Assembly: GCA_022825385.1 (NCBI GenBank)
Contig: JAJDWX010000004.1
Location: 255-64,254 of the forward strand
Origin: Rhodothermales bacterium
GTDB taxonomy: Bacteria > Bacteroidota > Rhodothermia > Rhodothermales > VXPQ01
Direction: 5' to 3'
DNA: 64,000 bases
Below, one piece after another: positions 52,331 to 59,894 of the stretch. Position 1 is the first letter of the stretch; every line of letters starts with the position of its first letter. A model generated the notes under the pieces. It had not been told where the DNA came from. It saw only the letters and a list, made by a program, of their open reading frames with translations, and made no database searches. Both the position numbers and the translations under genes were made by a program.

Positions 52331-53028
52331 TCAAGAAATTCTACGAAATAAATAATTATGATTGTCCAAAGAATAACTTTTAAACCCAAGCCCGCATATC
52401 TTGTTTACAATTTTACGAGTATCTATTTTCGTATAGCGCTCTACGGCATGATGATGAAATTCAATAAAAATTTGCTCAAACGGCATCAATTCATTTGTAT
52501 CAAGCCTTTCTAACAATTCATATTCGGCTCCTTCAATATCCAGTTTTAATATATCAACATATTCAAGTTTAAGATATTTAAGTAACACTGTCGGCGTAAT
52601 TCCTCGTACTTCATAAGAAATACCTTCGTCACGTATTACATTAGCATGATCTGTCATAATTGATCCGCTCTCGTTGAGATTTGATTGAAAAAATGTTAAT
52701 ATCTCATCATTTGCACATACTGCAAATGGGATGTGTATAAAACGATCTCCATATGTCCGAGCAATATCCGATAATGCAGATTTATGTTTTAATGTCGGAT
52801 CAACGGCAATACATTTTGCATCATATCGTTCGATCATATTTTTAGAAAATTCAGCTATAGAACCACAGCCGACATCAATTACTATGAGACGCTTTTTCTT
52901 TTCCGGGTATATAAAAATATAAAATCAGGAGGAATGTATTGAATCCCTTTGGTTCTGAACCAAATACGCCTGACGGCTTTCAACAAAATTCGATGAGCAG
53001 CGTGAAATCCCCGATGTACATAATGCAT
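52331..53028 (-). pseudogene. FkbM-family methyltransferase, apparently frameshifted near its 5' end
   Basis: The track ORF (52331..52837) begins after the SAM motif. Upstream in the same frame I read ...PEKKKRLIVIDVGCGSIAEFSKN with no start codon before a stop. A separate 48-codon ORF from the ATG at 53028 (MHYVHRGFHAAHRILLKAV...PPDFIFLYT) runs into it in another frame across a T/A-rich stretch (~52905-52925). The C-terminus has LKLDIEGAEYELL, typical of FkbM. Confidence 0.5.
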
Positions 53029-53189
53029 GATGATCACAGAGCTAAGGAAAAGAAACAAGGGTCGATAGCTTAATTCGCCATCGCCCTAAGGCACTTTTTT
53101 AGGAAGACATGATACGAATACACATTGTATATGATCCCAAAAAACAAATTATTTTTTGTTGATATGTTTTTGATGACGATTTCGTAGGT

Positions 53190-53619
53190 CAAGCTTTCCC
53201 GGTTTTCTCTGGCGATCCATTTGAGGTGGTTGCATCTTGCGCTTGAGCACACAAGCGATGCCGCGAGACGGATCGGAACAAGATCGTTTTTCTGTATTTT
53301 AAGCCAACGGGAGCTTCCGAAAGGCCGACCCATCTCTTGCATCTAAATGGACGGCAAGGGCCGCTGCTCGGGCAACGTGTACGTGGAGCGCTTCTGGCGC
53401 AGCCTCAGCAGGAGGAAGTGTGCCGGCATGCGTACGAGACGGTGGCCGAGGCCAAAAAGGGGATCGCCGCCTACCTCCGCTACTTCAACGAAGAACGCCC
53501 GCACCAAGGCCTTGACAACTTCACGCCCGATGACGTATACTACAGACGAAAGCCGCTCGCGAAGGCGGCGTAAACCACTGCAATCCTACACCTAAAAACA
53601 TGTCCAGTTTTTACGGACC
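53190..53619 (+). mobile_element. IS3-family transposase orfB 3' remnant (frameshifted) with terminal repeat
   Basis: MDGKGRC.GNVYVERFWRSL, then (frame change) EEVCRHAYETVAEAKKGIAAYLRYFNEERPHQGLDNFTPDDVYYRRKPLAKAA*. The terminal motif tgtccagtttttacggacc is at 53601-53619. The portion upstream of 53340 is only weakly transposase-like. Confidence 0.7.
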
Positions 53620-54409
53620 CCTTCTTATGTGTCCCATTTTTACTGGCGCATACCGGAAATTGGGTGGATTGTGCCGGCGTCCGGGTTTTATCCCGGCACT
53701 GGTGCGGCATGGAGTGGCTGGAGGTATAGAGCATTATGCCATGGTGAAACACCTCGCGCCGCACACCCTTATCGATGTGGGTGCTAACAAGGGGCAATTT
53801 TCGCTGGTAGTGCGCAAGCTATTCCCCGAAACTCGGATCATTGCATTCGAACCGCTCCCGGAAGCAGCGGATCGCTACGAACGGCTTTTCAATGCTGACA
53901 GACTCACCACATTACACCGCCTGGCGCTGGATACCAGTGCGGGCGAACGCACCTTCTACGTGACCGATCGCAGCGACTCTTCGTCCCTGTTTCGCCCGGG
54001 ACCGGGACAAAAAACGGCTTTCGGTAACGCATTATCTCACGAAATAACCGTTAAGACCACCCGTCTTGACGAGGCGGTGAACCCGGAGGATTTGACCGCC
54101 CCGGTATTGCTGAAAATCGATGTGCAGGGTGCGGAACAACATGTTATTCGGTCCGCAGAATGCTTGCTGGACCATGTAGATCATATTTACGTAGAAGCTT
54201 CGTTTGTCGAACTGTACGATGGGCAATCCCTTTTCAGCGATGTATTCCACGAGCTGAACGCAAAGGGTTACCGTATACGCGGCGTGTTCAATCAGATAAT
54301 CACCTCGGCATATAACGCCACGCAAGCCGACGTGCTGTTTACGCGTGACCGTAGCAACAGCCCGGGAAATACCGACACCCCCATTGGTTTCCTGCTCCCG
54401 GCGAAATAA
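53600..54409 (+). CDS. FkbM-family methyltransferase
   Basis: LIDVGANKGQFSLVVRKLFP...IIAFEP...LKIDVQGAEQHVI. The annotated ATG lies inside the IS terminal repeat. An alternative start is the Met 9 codons downstream. Confidence 0.8.
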   Translation: MSSFYGPLLMCPIFTGAYRKLGGLCRRPGFIPALVRHGVAGGIEHYAMVKHLAPHTLIDVGANKGQFSLVVRKLFPETRIIAFEPLPEAADRYERLFNADRLTTLHRLALDTSAGERTFYVTDRSDSSSLFRPGPGQKTAFGNALSHEITVKTTRLDEAVNPEDLTAPVLLKIDVQGAEQHVIRSAECLLDHVDHIYVEASFVELYDGQSLFSDVFHELNAKGYRIRGVFNQIITSAYNATQADVLFTRDRSNSPGNTDTPIGFLLPAK

Positions 54410-54412
54410 ACA

Positions 54413-55513
54413 TTGCCCGTGTCTATTCTGGTTATCGGACGGTTTCCTCCCCCTTTTGACGGGGGCAGCCTCGCTACCAAGCGACTCGCAGACTTCCTGA
54501 GCGGGGAGACAGAGATACGCCGTCTGAATATAGAACCCCCTGTCGAGGCCACATCCAAAGCGAAACGGCTGGGATATTTTCTGCGGATACGTCCTCAACT
54601 CAGGAAGACACTAAAACGGTATCCGCAAGCAACGATTCTGTGGCCTTCGGTTTCTCCCGACCTGGCGGGCCACTTTCGGGACATGCTGATCACCCTGCCT
54701 GCCATCCGGCGAGATCAACGTATTGTTGCCGCGGTACATTGGGGCAACTTTCACTCCCTGTTCCAGTCAGTTATGAAGTCGGCGACCGCACGCCGCCTGG
54801 TGGACCGCGTAGACAAGTTCGTATTCCTTTCGCGGGGTCTTTCCAATCAGTGCGCCGCGGCGATTCCCGAAGAAAAACGTGTGGTCATTCCAAACACCAT
54901 TGACGATGCAACGGTCTTGCCCCAACAGGAGGTCGAAGCCAAACGCCGGGAACGGACAGCGCGGGACAAACTGAACGTTTTGTTCGTGGGGCATATGATG
55001 CCTTCGAAGGGTTATCTGGACACGCTCGAAGCGGTTCGGCTTCTGGCAGCTCGTTCGGCGCCGGTGGAAGCGCATTTCGCCGGCGGCTGGATGCAACCGG
55101 CGGACCGGGAGGCTTTTCTGGCGTGGATTGCATCGCATAACCTGGAGCATATCGTGTTCCATCACGGAGCCGTGTCCGACCGCAAGGCGATGCGGACCCT
55201 CCACCGAAATGCAGATGTTCTCGTGCTTCCAACCTGGTACAAAAACGAAGCGCAACCCCTGGTCATCATTGAAGCCCTCAACGCGGGCACGCCTGTCATA
55301 TCCACCCCCTACCGCGCCATTCCTGATATGGTCGAGCACGGAACGGAGGGCTACCTGGTCCCGCCCCGCAACCCCGAAGCCATTGCCAAGGCACTCGAAA
55401 ACCTCTGCGAGCCGACGCGCTGGACTAATATGTCCATCCGGGCGCGACAACGGTTCGAAAACACGTTCTCGCCAGAGAGGGTGCGGGAGAAGTGGCTGAA
55501 AGCAACGGGGTGA
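54413..55513 (+). CDS. glycosyltransferase family 4 (GT-B, GT1-like)
   Basis: TTG start. The C-terminal half reads VLPTWYKNEAQPLVIIEALNAGTPVISTPYRAIPDMVEHGTEGYLV, an E-x7-E-type motif. Confidence 0.85.
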   Translation: MPVSILVIGRFPPPFDGGSLATKRLADFLSGETEIRRLNIEPPVEATSKAKRLGYFLRIRPQLRKTLKRYPQATILWPSVSPDLAGHFRDMLITLPAIRRDQRIVAAVHWGNFHSLFQSVMKSATARRLVDRVDKFVFLSRGLSNQCAAAIPEEKRVVIPNTIDDATVLPQQEVEAKRRERTARDKLNVLFVGHMMPSKGYLDTLEAVRLLAARSAPVEAHFAGGWMQPADREAFLAWIASHNLEHIVFHHGAVSDRKAMRTLHRNADVLVLPTWYKNEAQPLVIIEALNAGTPVISTPYRAIPDMVEHGTEGYLVPPRNPEAIAKALENLCEPTRWTNMSIRARQRFENTFSPERVREKWLKATG

Positions 55514-55779
55514 AAATTATATATAGGATCACTTATCAAAAGACATGTCAGGTTAGCTGGACACCCTCGACAATTTTTTTTTAATACTTTAAAGTGAAGA
55601 ATGGAAAAAATTTCCGACCGAACCAATTCGGCAAAGAGTCCACAGATATTCCTTCAAGACACATGTCCCTTTCCCGTCCTGCCGGCGATGTCGCAACATC
55701 CCAGATTCACCTAACCGCTTCGAGATGCATCCAGTACAGTCCCCGAAGAAGCAAATCGGCGACACCATGGAGGAATTGC

Positions 55780-55990
55780 GCAGACGAAACCAGTACGACT
55801 GCTCCCTCCGCTCCGGTAGGCACGAGACCAAAAAGCTATCGCCGTCTTGATTCGTTACTTAAACGCAAAATTTTCTTGCGAAGGCCTTGACAACCTCACA
55901 CCCGATGGCGTACATTACAGACGAAAACTGTGGTGCCTGCCGCAAATTCTACACTTAGCCCCCCCTCAAAAACTGTCCATTTTTTTATCA
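55780..55990 (+). mobile_element. third, more degenerate IS3-family 3'-end remnant
   Basis: ...IRYLNAKFSCEGLDNLTPDGVHYRRKL, followed by aaaaactgtccattttttt. Compare YLRYFNEERPHQGLDNFTPDDVYYRRKPL and aaaaacatgtccagttttt at 53.5 kb. Confidence 0.5.
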
Positions 55991-56031
55991 TGTCCAATCC
56001 GTTTGTTCAACTTGGCTTATGGAGAAAATAG

Positions 56032-56412
56032 ATGGTGACCCCCGAAGCCCTTACTGCATGGCAATCTTTTTTAGAGACTACTCCCGCGAATACGCCAGTC
56101 ATGATTCCTGGTTTGCTAACGGGATCCCTACCCATCGGCGGCGGATACCCGTTCTGGTTTGATAGCCCAAGTATCCAACTGCATTGCGAATCCGATGACG
56201 GACTGAGAAGGTTTGACCCCATCATTAAGCGTGTCAACATGGATCCGAAACCTGATAGCTACGTTTACATCACGTATCTATGCCGCGACTGTCAGATCAC
56301 CCAGAAAACATTTGCCATCTTGCTTATACGCCAAGGCAATGATTATGATGTCGAGCAGCTTCTTTTGCTTTGTCGTCAACTCCAGCATGGCGTGTCCTCC
56401 TTGTCGTGGTGA
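56032..56412 (+). CDS. hypothetical protein
   Basis: 126-aa ORF convergent with the Ubl operon. No motifs recognised other than YLCRDCQ. Confidence 0.4.
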   Translation: MVTPEALTAWQSFLETTPANTPVMIPGLLTGSLPIGGGYPFWFDSPSIQLHCESDDGLRRFDPIIKRVNMDPKPDSYVYITYLCRDCQITQKTFAILLIRQGNDYDVEQLLLLCRQLQHGVSSLSW

Positions 56413-56544
56413 AAACGTGTAAGGTTAAATTACACAGTTTTCTGGACACCCCTAGACATTAGACATTACGGGTACACTTGGTAACATGTAAACGCTCACA
56501 TGAATTGGGGCTCAGAATAATCTCTCAATATTGTCATATACCGA

Positions 56545-58152
56545 TCATTTGATAGAAAAATGATCAGCAATTAAATCTAATTTTTTAATCACTTCCGGAT
56601 TAATTTCTTGCTTAGTCATCTGTTCTGCAATTTGATAATAGTCACTTTCTTTAATATTTAATTTTGCTGCACTAAATATGCCGGAGAGAATCTTTTTTGC
56701 TTTGGTTCCCTGTAGGTAATCGGATAATTCAAAAGGATCCTCGTGCAAGGCTTGTGGTAATTGCCTACGCATATACGCCACTGCATCCTCTACCATCTGG
56801 TCAGTTCCAACACTTTTCACAAAACGAATTATGGTTTGAGGGTGAATTAAATAACTTTCGATTTCATATCTCTTCCAATACAGACGTATCATACCTTCAG
56901 GAGAATGAGGTATATCACTATGATCTTTGCCATCGCTGTCACACAACTCCACACCGAAAAAGTCGGGTACAATTAGCCGCATAGCAGAAAAATGCCTGGC
57001 TGGAGGCCATTTATGTTGAGCTGTTTCCCATACAAAAGGCTTTTCCAGAAATGACAAAGTAGGATGTTGCAAGATATATGCCCATTCTCGTAATATGGGT
57101 ATGTCATTTGAACCTTCAACATATAAAATTTTCGACTCATCTTTTGCGAGTAAAATATCTATGTTTTCCAAATGTAAAGTGTCTCGCAATTGTTTTTGAT
57201 TGCTGATCTTTTCCAAATTAGTACCCAGCGAGCGGAGATTGTCTAATTTGGCGGCATTAATGAGCCGCTCTGAATGCGTAGCAATAATCAACTGAGATGC
57301 GTTTTCTTGAGCATGTTTCAATAAATTGTAATACATCTTATTCTGTAATAAAACATGGAGATGTGCATCCGGTTCATCAATAAGTAAAATCGACGCTTTC
57401 TTGTGCAGCAAAGCAGCGTAAACCAACAATACCTGTAGAAAGCCACTCGCCGCACTATTTAGATTATAGAAAGTGTCTTCTTTTGAATGTCGATAACCGG
57501 CTAATATTTGTGCTGTTCCACCACTTGGATGTAATAATTCGTAACCAAAAAAAGAACGAATAATCTCCTGTAAAGTCTGCCATTTTTGACTATCCTGACT
57601 GATAGCAAACAAAAGATTTCTCAATACACTACCAGCTTGTGCTTGGGCAAGTCGTATTGGAATAACCACTGGATCATATGGTGCTTCTGCAACATCTACT
57701 CCTGAGACAGGAGGAATATATATTGGTATGAGAGGTTTATTAATGTATTGCTCTATATCGTTTTCATCTACATCTTTCGCTGGCCGAATATCAGCTAATT
57801 CTTGATCTTTATAGAGAATTTCAAAGCCAATTTTCCATTTTGCAGTATGTATCCATAAGGAGGCTGGTTGATCAACATTTTTATTTTGCCATAGATGATT
57901 GAAATCTGCCAGTGGTACCGAATTAAATCTTAACAAATTAAGATTGCTTCTTGGGTAGTTTCCATCTCTTTCACGTGCCAAGTCAGGCCTATTATTTGCC
58001 CATTGGGAGGCAAATTCTGACCACGAAGAAATAGCTTGAAGAAGTGTCGTTTTACCGGAATTATTTGGACCGGCAATCACGAGATGATCTGGAAGTTCAA
58101 ATTCCAGATATTCGAATTTTTTGAAATTCTTGACAACGACTTTATTGATCAT
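56545..58152 (-). CDS. ABC-type (AAA_15/AAA_21-like) ATPase fused to a DUF4435/TOPRIM-like C-terminal domain (PARIS AriA+AriB-like / OLD-like)
   Basis: Walker A VIAGPNNSGKTTLLQAI. Signature-like NSAASGFLQVL. Walker B ASILLIDEPDAHLH, then IIATHS. The C-terminal half has KILYVEGSNDIPILREW and ELCDSDGKD (TOPRIM-style E...DxD). It overlaps the upstream gene by 11 nt. Confidence 0.8.
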   Translation of the reverse strand: MINKVVVKNFKKFEYLEFELPDHLVIAGPNNSGKTTLLQAISSWSEFASQWANNRPDLARERDGNYPRSNLNLLRFNSVPLADFNHLWQNKNVDQPASLWIHTAKWKIGFEILYKDQELADIRPAKDVDENDIEQYINKPLIPIYIPPVSGVDVAEAPYDPVVIPIRLAQAQAGSVLRNLLFAISQDSQKWQTLQEIIRSFFGYELLHPSGGTAQILAGYRHSKEDTFYNLNSAASGFLQVLLVYAALLHKKASILLIDEPDAHLHVLLQNKMYYNLLKHAQENASQLIIATHSERLINAAKLDNLRSLGTNLEKISNQKQLRDTLHLENIDILLAKDESKILYVEGSNDIPILREWAYILQHPTLSFLEKPFVWETAQHKWPPARHFSAMRLIVPDFFGVELCDSDGKDHSDIPHSPEGMIRLYWKRYEIESYLIHPQTIIRFVKSVGTDQMVEDAVAYMRRQLPQALHEDPFELSDYLQGTKAKKILSGIFSAAKLNIKESDYYQIAEQMTKQEINPEVIKKLDLIADHFSIK

Positions 58153-58507
58153 GTCGGTTTACCTCAGGTATTAAAAAAGGAGGGCTTGCGGTCCATATAA
58201 TACGACCTTTCCGTAGCCAGTAGTGACAACGGCAAGGCAAACCGGTCACATGGATCGAGGGTGTAAGCGAAATTTGTCCGTCCGCATGTTCTGTTATACG
58301 CCACCGTTTATCTACTTGAGATGATATATCCAAATAGACAACCTCTCGACATGCCCTACGAGGACATACAATTGCAGCATAGAAAGGATAATCACGCCCT
58401 CCAATGATGTAAACTGTGTTTTCTTGAGGATCTTCCGACAAATCCTCCACCCACTCAGTGCTATAAGGACGGAAACGAGCCCATATATTTAAAAGAAATT
58501 TAAACAT
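58142..58507 (-). CDS. DUF6527-like small Cys-rich protein
   Basis: 121 aa: ...AAIVCPRRACREVVYLDIS...RWRITEHADGQISLTPSIHVTGLPCRCHYWLRKGRIIW. This matches my recollection of the DUF6527 pattern (CPxxC...W...PSI...C.C/sH.w...G.i.W) that accompanies E1/E2 operons. Confidence 0.65.
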   Translation of the reverse strand: MFKFLLNIWARFRPYSTEWVEDLSEDPQENTVYIIGGRDYPFYAAIVCPRRACREVVYLDISSQVDKRWRITEHADGQISLTPSIHVTGLPCRCHYWLRKGRIIWTASPPFLIPEVNRHDQ

Positions 58508-59894
58508 GTCTGGTATTATTTTTTACGAGTAAGCTTCCGTCTCCTGTTCCCATGTATGGTTTCATCAATGGATGTGGTTTTCCCGTGTCTATGGTATTTT
58601 CATAGCATCCGTGCACTAAGCGGAACCGTTGAATTGCAAATTCGTCATTGGAGTCAAAGCGGTAAGCGTGAATACGGGCCATGAAATCGTTAAATGCCAA
58701 ACAAGCCGCCTGCATGTTGACAGATATCACCGCCGGTTGTTCCTCGTCAACAGCGGCTAAATAGCCGGCTATACGCTGCTGTTGGTAATAATCAGAGTCT
58801 TTTCGTCGCCAATTCTCGACTGTCACCTGTTCTATAGTATACGCGCCACGCGATAGCAGGCTTTCTCCTTCTGGTTGGATATAATGCGACACGGCATCGG
58901 CAGCGGTGATGCCGCCTTTGCCGTCGGCTTCAAGATAAACGCCCACGTCAAAGTATGGAATCAGATAGGCGCTTGCAAGACAATCGAGATGGTACCGTCC
59001 AAAGGCGGAATCTACGCAGCCAAAGATCACGTCGCAATCTATCAAGGCGGAGACAACACCCGGTGAATCCGTCAATTCTTGATAAGCATCTACTTTGGTT
59101 CCCATACCAATCTTTTGAATAGCCTGTTTAATCGCCAACACCTTGGGCTGTTCCTTATGGGCAGCATTCATGGTGCTGTTGATGAGGCGATTCAAATTTT
59201 TCTCTTCTACTATATCATCGTCCACAATCACCAACTCACCTATACAATTACGAACAAGCAATTCAATGATTATGCTACCCGTACCCGAACAACCGATAAC
59301 TCCTATCCGCATAGTACGCAACAAGTCCAAGGTTCCCTTGCCCAAAGTCTGCGCTATCTTATCTTGGTATGCTGTTTCTGCTTGAAATTTGTGACGCTTC
59401 CATATATAAATATTTTCACCGATCACAGAAACAGTTGGCATAGCCCGAAACATTCCGTGCGCGTCCACTGTGCGAGCCTTGATCTGGCCATTAGACAACA
59501 TAATGGCAGATCCATTTGGTCGTCCGTCGTCAAACCAATTGCATACAGAAGAAAACAATTCCTGGTCGTTACGGTCGTCGAGTTCCGAAAATTCGCTACG
59601 TCCGTTGGGATGAGAGTGAATGGTGACAATGGACTGCCCTTTTCGATCTATATCGCAGATTTTATCTGTAGAAAAGCAGTCAGCAAAAGGCCAAGAAACA
59701 AAGTCTCCTTTTCTTTCCGACAGATGATGCGGTGGATACAAAACATCCGAGACGATAAGTCGGCGATACCTTTCTCCTCTCCCTTGGTTACACAGCAAAA
59801 TGGCGGCAGATTCCAGCCCATCTCCAGGAAAAAGATGTTTATAGACCATCTCACATTGGTTCGCGGTCATGGTAAGGATAGCAGTTACCATCAT
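58500..59894 (-). CDS. JAB/JAMM metalloprotease - ThiF/E1 adenylyltransferase fusion
   Basis: The N-terminus has LESAAILLC (Glu) and HSHPNGRSEFSELD, an exact JAMM H-x-H-x7-S-x2-D motif. The C-terminus has IGVIGCSGTGSIIIELLVRNCIGELVIVDDDIVEEKNLNRL, the ThiF Rossmann/adenylation motif. Confidence 0.85.
   Translation of the reverse strand: MMVTAILTMTANQCEMVYKHLFPGDGLESAAILLCNQGRGERYRRLIVSDVLYPPHHLSERKGDFVSWPFADCFSTDKICDIDRKGQSIVTIHSHPNGRSEFSELDDRNDQELFSSVCNWFDDGRPNGSAIMLSNGQIKARTVDAHGMFRAMPTVSVIGENIYIWKRHKFQAETAYQDKIAQTLGKGTLDLLRTMRIGVIGCSGTGSIIIELLVRNCIGELVIVDDDIVEEKNLNRLINSTMNAAHKEQPKVLAIKQAIQKIGMGTKVDAYQELTDSPGVVSALIDCDVIFGCVDSAFGRYHLDCLASAYLIPYFDVGVYLEADGKGGITAADAVSHYIQPEGESLLSRGAYTIEQVTVENWRRKDSDYYQQQRIAGYLAAVDEEQPAVISVNMQAACLAFNDFMARIHAYRFDSNDEFAIQRFRLVHGCYENTIDTGKPHPLMKPYMGTGDGSLLVKNNTRHV

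Noticed and set aside
53070-53342. 90-aa minus-strand ORF
   Set aside because: It lies antisense to a weakly transposase-like, decayed stretch directly upstream of the IS3 orfB remnant. It has low complexity and no motifs.
55557-56451. Two CTGGACACCC motifs considered as left inverted repeats defining complete (internally deleted) IS copies
   Set aside because: Only ~7-10 nt match the reverse complement of the IS terminal motif, and the outer ~12 nt do not align. It is mentioned as context but not annotated as IS ends.
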